DNA from: Candidatus Poribacteria bacterium
Lineage (GTDB): Bacteria > Poribacteria > WGA-4E > WGA-3G
Length of the DNA stretch: 64,000 bases
Assembly (NCBI GenBank): GCA_965242965.1
Contig: OZ251518.1
Span: 2,112,001 to 2,176,000 of the forward strand
Reading direction: 5' to 3'
Shown here in pieces: positions 21,564 through 31,959 of the stretch; the stretch's first letter is position 1, and each line of letters begins with the position of its first letter. The position numbers and the translations under genes are program-made. Below the pieces are notes generated by a model. It was not told the origin of the DNA. It was given only the letters and a program-made list of their open reading frames with translations, and searched no databases.

Positions 21564-21875
21564 ATGGAATTTCAAATTGACGAAACCCGTAAGCAGATTG
21601 CCATCTTTTTGCCGATGACGACTCCGACAGGGAAAGCCCGGGTCAAACGTCCGATTTCGGGGCAGCAGCCCGAACCCGTCGCAACTCGGCAGAAAACGGT
21701 TGAACCCGATGACTATATTGAATGGCAAATCGCTTATGAAACTAGCGACCCTGATGAACCTTCTGCCTTAGCGAAAGTGCAGTCTTCAAAGGGGTGGAGA
21801 ACCACCGAGATACTGGCGGCAATCGCCGTGGTGAGGCGAGTTGTGTTCTGTCCACTGTCTGGAGCCCTGCAGTAG
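21564..21875 (+). pseudogene. Truncated R.PabI-family (HALFPIPE) restriction DNA glycosylase
   Basis: LPMTTPTGKARVKR...ATRQ...YIEWQIAYE matches the R.PabI family N-half; only 103 aa. Confidence 0.6.
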
Positions 21876-22039
21876 TGGAAACCTTTCGTCTCCGCAAGAA
21901 AAATGAAACCAAATCCGAAACAGAAACGTTCTAAAATAACAGTGGGAGAACGTCACATCCGCCGTCTTTACCCAAACTATCTTTACCCTGAACTCGCCGA
22001 GGGCGCGGCAGCCCATGGCATAACCGAGAAGGAGACACT

Positions 22040-23782
22040 ATGCACTTCAATCTGTTTGAACCAAAGGTTCTGAAACTCCACGAGGTTGTGGAAAATCCAC
22101 ACTTTGAAATCCCAACATTCCAACGCGATGTCGTCTGGACACCAAAACAGATGGTAACGCTTATTGACTCTGTCTATCGCGGTATCCCTATCAACTCCCT
22201 CTATATATGGAATTGTGAAGGTATCTGGACAAAAGACGGAACCGAATCCGATGCGGATACGCAGCTTGTCATTGATGGACAACAGCGTCTTACCGCCTTG
22301 AAAGCGGTGCTACTCGGCGAGCCATACTACAACCGCAACGGGAGACTGCAAAACATCAAGGTTGCCTTTCACCCGATTGAGGGGACGTTCCGCAAGGTGG
22401 ATAACAGATTCCGCCCCAACGACAAACACGTTCCAAATCTCGCGACGTTTTATGCAAACCCCGAGGCCGAAACAAAAAAATACGAGAACCGCAATGAACG
22501 TAAACTGACTGCCGAAGAAAAAGAGACCGTGGCAGCAAATCTGAAAAGTCTCCAGGCGATCAAAACATTGCCTGTCGCTGTCTACCAGATTTCCAGCACG
22601 GCCACTCTGGAGCAGGTTTACCTGTGCTTTGAGCGCACTAACACCGGTGGCACTAAAGTCAGTAAAGCGGACTTGTGCATGGCATGGTTGGAAGTCTACC
22701 GACCGCTGCTGGCAGAAGGAATCACCTTTTTCAGTCAAGGGATTCAACCCCAAATGGGGTATAACACACCGAACACAAGTCGCAAATTCGACAAAAGCAA
22801 GTTTGCAAAAGCAACCCAATGGATTCGTTCGGTAAATGGTCAGTCCTTCTGCTACCGGCCCGAAGCCGGACACGTTGCCGGCTTGCTCTTCAACATCCTC
22901 CAAGATGGGAAAAGGTTCAACTTGGGGACTATCGCCAGACAGCTGCTGAGCGACACAGGAAACGCTTCATCTCAAAATAAGAATCAGGCGCGCGTGGACA
23001 GCGCATTCCTTGAAATCGTCAACCAGGAGAATTTCAACCGATTCAACCAAATTATCGGCCAATTTCCGGATATCAACCCCACCGATAAGGGGTATGCATA
23101 TTGGTTATTCCTCCGCTGCCGACGAGAGTCCAGCCAAAAGGGATATACCGGCGAAAAGATAGCGAGGCTGCTTCAACGGTGGTATCTCTTGCAACTCTTG
23201 AGCAGCATAAGCGCCACCGGCCCTGTCGCCTTCAGCAGATACCTACCCGGGTTTGCGCAAGCCGGCGGCCTGGAAGGCTATCTCCGAACACTGGATGTCG
23301 GTTTGCCAGAAAACTTCTGGACAGAGGGACTTCCTAACGAACTGAGGACGGGAGTCGCAAAGACAACCATCCCGAAAGTCGAGAGAGCCTGGGAGATGGT
23401 ACAAATTCTAGAAGGGAGGAAAGCCCTCTTTGACGACGCAGTGCCAATCGAGAGACTCCAGTCAAACCGCCTGAGATCAAGACACCACCTCTACCCGCAG
23501 GATCTGCTGAAAAAAGAGGGCGTTCCTGAACCCAAGATAAACGCTATTGCCAACCGCGCGATAACCACCAGAGAGGTGAACAGCAGCATCGGGAACAGAA
23601 AACTGCACCGATTCATTGAAGACGCGGAAGAAAGAGGCGTGCTTTGGAATGCGCAGGAGCATCTGGAGGCACACTGCATTCCGAACAGTGCAGGCACTCT
23701 GCCTTACGAGGAGTTCCTCGCCGAGCGAGCCCGGTTGATGGCAGCGCGTATCCAGAAAGTCTACGAAGCCTTAAAGCTGTAA
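22040..23782 (+). CDS. GmrSD-like DUF262 + HNH-type protein, copy 1
   Basis: IPTFQRDVVW, IDGQQRLT, FERTNTGG, C-terminal HHLYP...N...N. Confidence 0.88.
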   Translation: MHFNLFEPKVLKLHEVVENPHFEIPTFQRDVVWTPKQMVTLIDSVYRGIPINSLYIWNCEGIWTKDGTESDADTQLVIDGQQRLTALKAVLLGEPYYNRNGRLQNIKVAFHPIEGTFRKVDNRFRPNDKHVPNLATFYANPEAETKKYENRNERKLTAEEKETVAANLKSLQAIKTLPVAVYQISSTATLEQVYLCFERTNTGGTKVSKADLCMAWLEVYRPLLAEGITFFSQGIQPQMGYNTPNTSRKFDKSKFAKATQWIRSVNGQSFCYRPEAGHVAGLLFNILQDGKRFNLGTIARQLLSDTGNASSQNKNQARVDSAFLEIVNQENFNRFNQIIGQFPDINPTDKGYAYWLFLRCRRESSQKGYTGEKIARLLQRWYLLQLLSSISATGPVAFSRYLPGFAQAGGLEGYLRTLDVGLPENFWTEGLPNELRTGVAKTTIPKVERAWEMVQILEGRKALFDDAVPIERLQSNRLRSRHHLYPQDLLKKEGVPEPKINAIANRAITTREVNSSIGNRKLHRFIEDAEERGVLWNAQEHLEAHCIPNSAGTLPYEEFLAERARLMAARIQKVYEALKL

Positions 23783-23832
23783 ACTTCCGCCGAGGGCGCG
23801 GCAGCCCACGGCATAACCGAGAAGGAGACAAC

Positions 23833-25575
23833 ATGGATCTCAACCCGTTTGAACTCAAGGTTCTGAAACTCCACGAGGTTGTGGAAAATCTACACTTTGA
23901 ATTCCCAACATTCCAACGCGATTTTGTCTGGACTCGAAACCAGATGATAACGCTTATCGACTCTGTCTATCGCGGTATCCCCATCAACTCCCTCTACACG
24001 TGGAATTGCGAAGGGATTCCGATGAAAACAGGAACAGAATCTAATAAGAATATGCAGCTTGTCGTTGATGGACAACAGCGTATTACCTCCCTGAAAGCGA
24101 TGCTACTCGGCAAGTCATACTATGACCGCACCGGGCGGAGGCAACGCATCGAGGTTGCCTTCCACCCGATTGAGGGAACGTTCCACAAGGTGGATAGCAA
24201 ATTCCGCCCTAACGACAAACACGTTCCAAACCTCGCGACGTTCTATGCAAACCCCGAAGCCGAAACCACAGCATACCACACGCGGAATCAAGGGCAGCTG
24301 ACAGATGAGGAAAAAGCACTCGTGGCAACGAATCTGGAACATCTCAAAACGATGAAGGATTTGCCCATCTTCGTCTATCAGATTTCTAACGAGACCACTC
24401 TCGACCAGGTTCACCTGTGCTTTGAGCGCTCTAATAGTGAGGGTAAGCAAGTCAGTCAAGGCGACTTATGTCTGGCATGGTTGTCGGCATACCAGCCACT
24501 GCTGGCAGAAGGAATCACCCTCTTCTGCCAAGGGATTCAGTTCGGGAAGCAAATCCCCAACCTCCTTGAAGAGAGTCCCCAATTTGAGGGAAGTCCATTC
24601 GCACAAGCCATCCGATGGATTGAGTTGGAAGACGACAGAGTCGTCGCCTACCAACCCGAAGCGAAAGAGGTTGCCGACTTGCTTTTCAACATCGTCCTAG
24701 ATGGGAAAAAGTTTGACCTGGGGACTATCGCCAGACAGCTGCTGGGCGACACGGGAAACGCTGCGGCTCAAGGCGAGAATCAGACGCGCGTGGACAGTGC
24801 TTTCCGCGAAATCGTCAACAGCGAGAATTTCAACGAGTTCAACGACATTCTCGGCCAATTGCCGGGTATCAACCGCACCCAGAGCAATTACGCATATTGG
24901 TTGTTCCTCCGCTGCCGGCGAGAGTCCAGCCAAAAGAGATATACCGACGAAAAGATAGCGCGGCTGCTTCAGCAGTGGTATCTTTTGCAACTCTTGGGGA
25001 GCATGCGCGTTGGTGGTGCTGTCGCTTTCATCAGATACCTACAAGGTTTTGCACAAGCCGGCAGCCTGGAAGGCTATCTCCAAACCTTGGAGGCAGATTT
25101 GCCCGAAAACTTCTGGACAGAGCAACTCCCCGAAAAGTTGCAGAAACAAGCCAAAGGCGACACACTGAAGGTCGCGAGGGCATGGGAGACGGTGCAAATC
25201 CTAGCGGAGACGAAAGCCCTCTTTGACAACACCGTCTCCATCGCAGAACTGCACGCAAGAGGGCTGATATCAAGACACCACCTCTACCCGCGGAATCTGC
25301 TGAAAAAAGAGGGCGTTCCTGAACCCAAGATAAACGCCATCGCCAACAGCGCGATAACCACGAAAGAGGTGAGCAGCCGCATCGGGAACAGAAAACTGCA
25401 CCGATTCATCGAAGACGCGGAAGATAAGGGCACGCTTGAGAATGCGCAGGAGCATCTGGAGGCACACTGCATTCCGAGCGGTGCGGGTACCCTGCCTTAT
25501 GAGGAGTTCCTCGCCGCGCGAGCCCAGTTGATGGCGGCACATATCCGGAAGGTCTACGAAGACTTAAAACGGTAG
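23833..25575 (+). CDS. GmrSD-like DUF262 + HNH-type protein, copy 2
   Basis: Paralog of copy 1; AAGGAG RBS then ATG 23833; FQRDFVW, DGQQR, HHLYP. Confidence 0.88.
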   Translation: MDLNPFELKVLKLHEVVENLHFEFPTFQRDFVWTRNQMITLIDSVYRGIPINSLYTWNCEGIPMKTGTESNKNMQLVVDGQQRITSLKAMLLGKSYYDRTGRRQRIEVAFHPIEGTFHKVDSKFRPNDKHVPNLATFYANPEAETTAYHTRNQGQLTDEEKALVATNLEHLKTMKDLPIFVYQISNETTLDQVHLCFERSNSEGKQVSQGDLCLAWLSAYQPLLAEGITLFCQGIQFGKQIPNLLEESPQFEGSPFAQAIRWIELEDDRVVAYQPEAKEVADLLFNIVLDGKKFDLGTIARQLLGDTGNAAAQGENQTRVDSAFREIVNSENFNEFNDILGQLPGINRTQSNYAYWLFLRCRRESSQKRYTDEKIARLLQQWYLLQLLGSMRVGGAVAFIRYLQGFAQAGSLEGYLQTLEADLPENFWTEQLPEKLQKQAKGDTLKVARAWETVQILAETKALFDNTVSIAELHARGLISRHHLYPRNLLKKEGVPEPKINAIANSAITTKEVSSRIGNRKLHRFIEDAEDKGTLENAQEHLEAHCIPSGAGTLPYEEFLAARAQLMAAHIRKVYEDLKR

Positions 25576-25590
25576 CCATCCTCACTCTCA

Positions 25591-25617
25591 AGTCCCGCGA
25601 TGGAGAATCGCGGGACT
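25591..25617 (+). terminator. GC-rich hairpin after the DUF262 pair
   Basis: AGTCCCGCGAT-GGAGA-ATCGCGGGACT; weak U tract. Confidence 0.45.
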
Positions 25618-25666
25618 CGCGCTTTCTGAACTGTTCACACAGTCACGTATCTTCATCAACTAAAGT

Positions 25667-26461
25667 GAGGGTGTGTCATAACTCAATGCCTTCCCGGTAG
25701 GAGAGCCCTCCTGGTCTCGATGCAATAGGGCGGCGCGCCTACCGGGGCAGCGGCGGCAGAAAGCCCGCCCCTTCACCGTAGGGCGAGGGCCTGTCCCTCG
25801 CCATCAATCGCGCTACGGAAAAAACGTCTTTTGTTCTCTTCAGGTCCTTTAGGACCTAATGTCTATAGCCTGCGCGCCTGCGAAGAACACTAAGGTCCTT
25901 TAGGTCCTTAATAGACTTTGAAATGCAGCGTGGTTTTTTATTAAGGTCCTAATGGACCTTGACGTGGGCAGACACGTGCTGCTATAGACATTAAGTCCTA
26001 AAGGACCTAAGACAGCATCTTGACGATGGAGATCGCGGGGGCCTGTCCCCCGCGCTACGGTAACGGGAGGGTTTCTTGGGCGAAAAACGGCCCTTTCATC
26101 GTAGGGCGAGGGCCTGTCCCTCGCCAGCGTTCGATCGCCAGACCCCCTCCCCTCCGTAGGTTAAGAACACCTGCTCTTGACCCGTTTGTGATCAGGCGAT
26201 CACAAACTACAGAGACGGAAACATACATCGTAACGATGGAGATCGCGGGGGACAGGCCCCCGCGCTACGAAAAAAAAAACGGTTATCAAACCATCGCGGG
26301 GGACAGGCCCCCGCGCTACGATGAAATAACGGTTCTCCAACCATCGCGGGGGAAACCCGCTCGGATGCGCGGATGGCATCCGAGGGCCCCCGCGCTACGG
26401 GAACATCGAGACCGGGACGGCGCGACGACAAGAAAAATCAAGACCAGGAGGGCTCTCCTAC
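25667..26461. repeat. Large composite REP cluster with a MITE end and a nested AGGTCC/GGACCT element
   Basis: GAGGGTGTGTCATAACTC start; A/A', B and D family units; inverted-end element at 25842-26008. Confidence 0.9.
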
Positions 26462-27027
26462 CCAGACATCACCAGAAAATTCCCCAACAACTCCTTACCC
26501 GCCAACGTCAGGATAGACTCCGGATGGAATTGCACCCCCCAAACTGGCAACGTCTTGTGCCGAAGACCCATGATTTCACCCTGATCCGTCCATGCCGTGA
26601 CTTGCAAGCACTCCGGCAACGTCTCTCGCTTGACGATGAGCGAATGATACCGCGTCGCCTCAAACGGGTTATCTAAACCTTCAAATAACTCCGCGCCATC
26701 GTGCGCGACAGGGGAGGTTTTGCCGTGCATCAACCGATCCGCGCGGACCACTTCACCGCCGAAGACCTCGCCGATGCACTGATGCCCCAAGCAAACGCCT
26801 AAAATCGGAACTTTGCCCGCAAAATGACGGATGACATCGTTTGAAATGCCGGCTTCCGTCGGTGTGCAAGGACCCGGCGATATGACGACGCGCTCCGGTG
26901 CCAACGCATCCAACTGAGCCAACGTCACTTTTCGGCTCCGATGCACCTGCAACTCCGCGCCTAACTCGCCGAAATACTGCACGAGGTTATAGGTAAATGA
27001 ATCGTAATTGTCAATCATCAAGACCAC
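26458..27027 (-). CDS. trpG: Anthranilate synthase component II / glutamine amidotransferase
   Basis: [28 protein letters not shown]. Confidence 0.95.
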   Translation of the reverse strand: MVLMIDNYDSFTYNLVQYFGELGAELQVHRSRKVTLAQLDALAPERVVISPGPCTPTEAGISNDVIRHFAGKVPILGVCLGHQCIGEVFGGEVVRADRLMHGKTSPVAHDGAELFEGLDNPFEATRYHSLIVKRETLPECLQVTAWTDQGEIMGLRHKTLPVWGVQFHPESILTLAGKELLGNFLVMSG

Positions 27028-27068
27028 GGTTTTTTCTCCTTTTACGCAAATATAAACGGCGGTTCGCG

Positions 27069-30000
27069 CTACGACTCGTCAATCGCCTGCATGACGCGCA
27101 ACGTCTCCGCCACCGCCGCAAGCACCTGCCGATATTGACGAATATCCGCATGCGTCAACGCCTCTCCCTTCCGATCGCGCAGCCACTTTTCGCAGGGTTG
27201 ATACGCACCTATCTCAAACTCCCACACCGCCGATGGCACATCCGAGAAATACTGCGTCCGATTAATCCAGACATGTCCATCGCGGTATTGCACGCGCCCG
27301 ACAACGCTATCGCCTTCACCCTCAAATCGCGATGTTGCACCCGGTATGTCACGCCTGCCGAGATGCGCGTCGATTAAGGTATGTCCAAACCCCGCGAGTT
27401 TTTGGAACTGCGTCTTATCCTCCGGCAAGGGGATACGCGGGAAGTCGTATTTCAAAAATTCAACATACCGTTCGCGATAGGCAGGACCATGCAAAACGGC
27501 ATAGATATAAGCGAGGATGTCCTCTGGCGAAATCCCCTCCGGAAGTCCAAACGGCTTTATTTGCGGCAACGCCAATGTCTCTGAAAGTGCTTTGAGAAAA
27601 GCAGGGGTTAAATTGAGAGCACGTCCTGGGGGCAGCCCGAGTTGCTCTATATTTGTATAAAGGTAGAGCGGGAAAACGTGCGCGGGACCGCTCTTATTGG
27701 AAACGTATCCCTGGTCAGTGATGTTATCGGTTACCAAAGTGTGTTGCCATTTGGGCCCCTTGCTACCCCGACATACACAGAGCGCAAAGTTTCCCCCAGA
27801 ACGCAGGTGCGCACTAATTGCCTGCCGAGGTCTGCAATGAAACCCGCGGTCCCTCGCCGTGTAATAGGTAAATCGCGTATCAAAGGGACGGTAGCGAATC
27901 GGAACAATGTGTTGTTCAGCTTCGGGATGGTTGCGGAGATCCTCCTGCGCAAGACGGATTTGCCAATCTCGCCGGTCTCTGCCTAAATTATATTTCTCCC
28001 GCGCTGCCTCTGCGGGGAGCGACACGAAATCGGTTACCGTTTGCCGAACAGCTTCTCGTGTCAAGTGGATAGTCAACTTATCCCGCGCAGTTACAATTCC
28101 AAGCGAACTTTCTTGAAAGATGTCGGTGACATGCCAGCCGTTCTCATATTCCGTACTGTCTTCGGTTTGCTGCGGCACGAAGAGATAGAAAGGTGCCCTG
28201 GGTTGAAGTTCCTGCCACTCGGTGCTTTGAACATCTATTTCTGACAACCTGCGATATTTCTCGGCGCGTTCACCCCAGACATCGGCGTAATAGACTTTAG
28301 CGGGATCTGGATTGTCACGTTCTTTGACACAGAGCAGAATGGACACGCCTTGCTGGATGTCAAAGACGTTTTCGTCGCTTTCTCCATCGGGGATGTCCTC
28401 GCCGACGCGGCTATTTCCGTGCAGGTTGAGGTGATAAATGGCATTGAAACTTTTCATCAAACTGCGCCGCATCCCCCGAAAAATCACGCCATCGAGAAAC
28501 CCGCTATTGACAATATAACCGAGTGCTCCCTCGCCGTTTTTGTCAATGCGCCATTGTCCCCAGCGGATGAACTTGACGTAATCGCCTTGGAGCCCTTGAT
28601 AGTTTCGTTCGCCGAGAGACTGCCCATCGATGGTTTTGTAGTCCTCAATGAGGCCCCCGATGAAATTCAGTCTGCCGCGCGCATCGCGGCTTGGATTCGC
28701 GGAGCTGCGCGGATACGGCGGATTCCCGACGATGACAAGAATCGGCAAATCTCTTTTCACGGAAACCGCCGCGTTCGCCTCATCGGTGAGGAATTCGGCG
28801 AAGATATGTCCCTCGCGTTCGACCGGTTCCTCCAGCGTATTCGTGAGGTAGATGTGAATGCGTTCGGTATCTGTCCCTGTCCACCCGTGCGCTTGCAGGA
28901 AGCGGCTCAGGTTCAGATGCGCAATCGTATAGGGCGCGACGAGCAATTCAAACCCGAAGAGTCGTTCAGCCAGGGAGGTGTTGACATACGGTGCCCACGC
29001 CGCAGAACCGTCTGTATCAATGACGTGCTGATGGATGTGGTGCAGCACTTCCATGAGGAAACCACCGGTGCCGGTGGCAGGATCGAGGATGAGTGTGTCC
29101 ATATCGGCGAGGCCGTCGGGTTTTCGCAACGCCGTTTTGAGGAGTGCATCGACGGACCTAACGATGTAGGAGATAACGGGTTGCGGCGTATAATAGACCC
29201 CTCTGTCAACGCGTCGCCCCGGGTCATACGCTGCGAGGAATGTTTCGTAGAAATGAATCACCGGGTCTTCGGCGTGAGTGCGTGCGTCAAAGGCGGTGCG
29301 GAGCATGTCGGTGGAGACGCTGCGCAGGAGCGTGGCGATTTCGTCCAAAATCCACGTGACATTGTTGTTTTGCATCCGTCGCGAGGTGACTTGTTGGAAG
29401 AGCTCAATCAGGAACGGATTTGAGTTTGGCAGTGCCTCGGCGGCGGTGCTGCGCGAGAAGTGAGTTGCATTCGGGAGAGTGTATCGCGCCGCGAACATGC
29501 CGTAGGCGAGGGTTTGCGCATACATATCGGCGAAATCGGCGGGTGTCAGCGTTGAGAGGAGTTGTTCCTGAAACGCCTTGAACATGCGAAAGATGGTGCT
29601 TTCTTCGTCGGCGATGGCGGTTGCGATTTGGGTTTGAAGTTCGCGTGTGCGCCGTGCGAGGTGCATTGCGAGGACTTCGGGTGTTGTGATGTTCAGCGTG
29701 CCCGCGTTGAAAAATCGGTTGAGGAGGGTTTCCAGCGCGTGCATGTCTTCGGGTAGGCGGGACATCCCTGTCCCGATTTCTTCGGGTAGGCGGGACATCC
29801 CTGTCCCGAAATCGGCAAATCGAGACCGGGAGGTCTCTCCTACCGGGGAGAGGCGCGCCGTTGCGCGCAATTCGCCCTCGGTATACAGACGAAATTCAAC
29901 GAAATTCGTAAGGATAAAATTATCCAGATTTTCGATGAACCGTGCATTCTGTTCGCGCGCGTGCCCGGTGAGCGCATTCAAGTCTGTGCCGAATTTCTCC

Positions 30001-30233
30001 GCTTCAATGTAGCCGATGGGGAGCAATCCATCGGTGGCAATGAAATCCGGTCTGCCGATGTCAAGTTGGCGCGGTTCGTGCGTCAATGTGATGGCATGTC
30101 CGAGGCAAACCGCGCTCTGTTCCAGGAATGCGCTCAGGTGTCGATGTAAGGAGAGTTCCTCGGTTGCGTTGGTATTGTTGCGCGTCTCTAGTAGTTCTCG
30201 CAGATAGTTGTTGCAGAGTTGTTGAAATTGCAT
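27069..30233 (-). CDS. Type IIG/ISP-like fused restriction-modification enzyme (REase + N6-adenine MTase + TRD)
   Basis: GRPDF..GYIEAEK nuclease, [36 protein letters not shown]-type C-terminal specificity domain. Confidence 0.9.
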   Translation of the reverse strand: MQFQQLCNNYLRELLETRNNTNATEELSLHRHLSAFLEQSAVCLGHAITLTHEPRQLDIGRPDFIATDGLLPIGYIEAEKFGTDLNALTGHAREQNARFIENLDNFILTNFVEFRLYTEGELRATARLSPVGETSRSRFADFGTGMSRLPEEIGTGMSRLPEDMHALETLLNRFFNAGTLNITTPEVLAMHLARRTRELQTQIATAIADEESTIFRMFKAFQEQLLSTLTPADFADMYAQTLAYGMFAARYTLPNATHFSRSTAAEALPNSNPFLIELFQQVTSRRMQNNNVTWILDEIATLLRSVSTDMLRTAFDARTHAEDPVIHFYETFLAAYDPGRRVDRGVYYTPQPVISYIVRSVDALLKTALRKPDGLADMDTLILDPATGTGGFLMEVLHHIHQHVIDTDGSAAWAPYVNTSLAERLFGFELLVAPYTIAHLNLSRFLQAHGWTGTDTERIHIYLTNTLEEPVEREGHIFAEFLTDEANAAVSVKRDLPILVIVGNPPYPRSSANPSRDARGRLNFIGGLIEDYKTIDGQSLGERNYQGLQGDYVKFIRWGQWRIDKNGEGALGYIVNSGFLDGVIFRGMRRSLMKSFNAIYHLNLHGNSRVGEDIPDGESDENVFDIQQGVSILLCVKERDNPDPAKVYYADVWGERAEKYRRLSEIDVQSTEWQELQPRAPFYLFVPQQTEDSTEYENGWHVTDIFQESSLGIVTARDKLTIHLTREAVRQTVTDFVSLPAEAAREKYNLGRDRRDWQIRLAQEDLRNHPEAEQHIVPIRYRPFDTRFTYYTARDRGFHCRPRQAISAHLRSGGNFALCVCRGSKGPKWQHTLVTDNITDQGYVSNKSGPAHVFPLYLYTNIEQLGLPPGRALNLTPAFLKALSETLALPQIKPFGLPEGISPEDILAYIYAVLHGPAYRERYVEFLKYDFPRIPLPEDKTQFQKLAGFGHTLIDAHLGRRDIPGATSRFEGEGDSVVGRVQYRDGHVWINRTQYFSDVPSAVWEFEIGAYQPCEKWLRDRKGEALTHADIRQYRQVLAAVAETLRVMQAIDES

Positions 30234-30256
30234 ATTTGTTTGGTTATCCGTTTTCA

Positions 30257-30505
30257 CCGTAGCGATCGTTTTAGGCCCCGTAGCGCGGGGGCCTGTCCCT
30301 CGCGAGCGTCTCGGTTACCGTAGCGTGGGGGCCTGTCCCCCGCGATCGTTGCATGGCGAGGGACAGGCCCTCGCGCTACGGTAAAACAGGCCGTTCCGGT
30401 TACCGTAGCGCGGGGGCCTGTCCCCCGCGATCTCTCGCAGCCCCGAACGATGGCGAGGGACAGGCCCTCGCCCTACGGTAATATAAAGCGTTTTTTTTAT
30501 CGGAG
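30257..30505. repeat. REP cluster (A/A' family)
   Basis: GTAGCGCGGGGGCCTGTCCCCCGCG and GGCGAGGGACAGGCCCTCGCCCTAC units. Confidence 0.9.
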
Positions 30506-30538
30506 CGCGGGCGCGAACAGCCGGAAAGACATCCGCCG

Positions 30539-31567
30539 TTACGACGCATCCGATGACTTCTGCCGACTTAATTCAATCTGCAACTCCCGATAAGCCTCTC
30601 GGAGTTGCGCGAGTTCCTCTTCGGCTTGGGAGGCGCGTGCATCGGCTTGTTCTGCCTCAACCCTTTTTTCTTCGGCAGCTGCTTCTGCGCGCTGTCGTGC
30701 CTCGGCTTCGGCGCGCGCCACTGCTTCCACTTCTTGTGCGCGGGCTGCGGTTTCTTGCGCGCGGGCTTCGATGCGCTGACGTGCCAGAGTTTCCTGTGCG
30801 ACGATTTCCTGCGCCTGTGCAGCTGCTTCCTCCGCTCGGCGTGCCGCTGCCTCGGCGAGATCTGCTACCGTCGCCGCTGCCTCTGCGCGTGCCTCCGCTT
30901 CGTCCATCGGTGTTTCCAGCCACCGCCCCGCAACCGGGTCATAGTAGCCGAATCCATCGCCGCGTGAACCAAGGAACAACCCCAACGTCTCCGCGTAAAC
31001 CTTGCCATCTGGCTCCGGGCGAATGGGAACGTATTCAGTGTCGACGAGGCGAAAGCCCATCAACGGCATCGGTAAATACTTACCCTCCGAATCGAAAAGG
31101 AAGTATTCCCGAACACCAAGCACTTCCGCGTAGAGCGTTTTCTTCGGACCCAAATCGTTGGCGAACGTGCGCTGGCTCGAAAACTCTAGCACGAAATCTG
31201 GCGGCTTCCCTTCCTCCCAGATGCGATAGATGCGCCGCTGCTTCTTTTCGACACCGAAGGTGACAAAGATATCCGGTGCCACCGATTTCTTCGGGTCTTT
31301 CATAACGTAATACATGAGCATGTCGCCGGAGACGCAGACATCCGGCACGTCTTGAAAGCGCGCTTTAAGCGTCAGGATCGAGTCAATCATCAGGTCGCGA
31401 TTCAGTTCGGTTTCAGCCATAGGTTGTCCATCCGATTCGGGGTATTCCGTATCGTCGTCAAATGCCAGCTCGTAAGGGAGCGGCGGCGGCGGTGCCTCGC
31501 GGTAAGCGGGGTATATCGCCGCGGTGTGTTGATTGGTTTGCGCTTTGGTTTGCATTTTAGTTTGCAT
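30539..31567 (-). CDS. Uma2 family PD-(D/E)xK endonuclease with Ala/Glu-rich coiled-coil tail
   Basis: YPESDGQPMAE, VAPDIFV, PDFVLEFSS, GVREYFLFD. Confidence 0.9.
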   Translation of the reverse strand: MQTKMQTKAQTNQHTAAIYPAYREAPPPPLPYELAFDDDTEYPESDGQPMAETELNRDLMIDSILTLKARFQDVPDVCVSGDMLMYYVMKDPKKSVAPDIFVTFGVEKKQRRIYRIWEEGKPPDFVLEFSSQRTFANDLGPKKTLYAEVLGVREYFLFDSEGKYLPMPLMGFRLVDTEYVPIRPEPDGKVYAETLGLFLGSRGDGFGYYDPVAGRWLETPMDEAEARAEAAATVADLAEAAARRAEEAAAQAQEIVAQETLARQRIEARAQETAARAQEVEAVARAEAEARQRAEAAAEEKRVEAEQADARASQAEEELAQLREAYRELQIELSRQKSSDAS

Positions 31568-31587
31568 TGTCGTTTCTCCTTCCTTTT

Positions 31588-31926
31588 CACGTAGGGCGGT
31601 GGGGAAACCTGTCCCTCGCCATGCGTTTTGGTGGCAGACTGCATCACCCCTGTAGGTCAGGATCGCCTGATCCTGAACCGTTCGGGAGCAGGCGCTCCCG
31701 AACTACAGAGGGGGGCTTGCCATCCCCCGGCATGGCGAGGGACAGGCCCTCGCCCTACGGTAAAACGGGCCGTTTTTTCACCGTAGCGCGGGAGTCTGTC
31801 CCCCGCGATCGTGGCATAGCGAGGGAAACCCGCTCGCATGCGCGGATGGCATCCGAGGGCCCAAGCCCTACGATGAAGGGGCTTTCTGCCGCCCTATTGC
31901 ATCGAGACCAGGAGGTCTCTCCTACC
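31588..31926. repeat. REP cluster
   Basis: D doublet, A/A' and B units. Confidence 0.88.
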
Positions 31927-31959
31927 GAGCCCCCGCGCATTTACCGGAAGGCAGGCAGA

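Noticed and set aside
28350-29423. 357-aa plus-strand ORF
   Set aside because: Antisense shadow of the RM methyltransferase gene
30560-30910. Repetitive GC-rich tract
   Set aside because: Encodes the Ala/Glu/Arg coiled-coil tail typical of Uma2 proteins; not a DNA element
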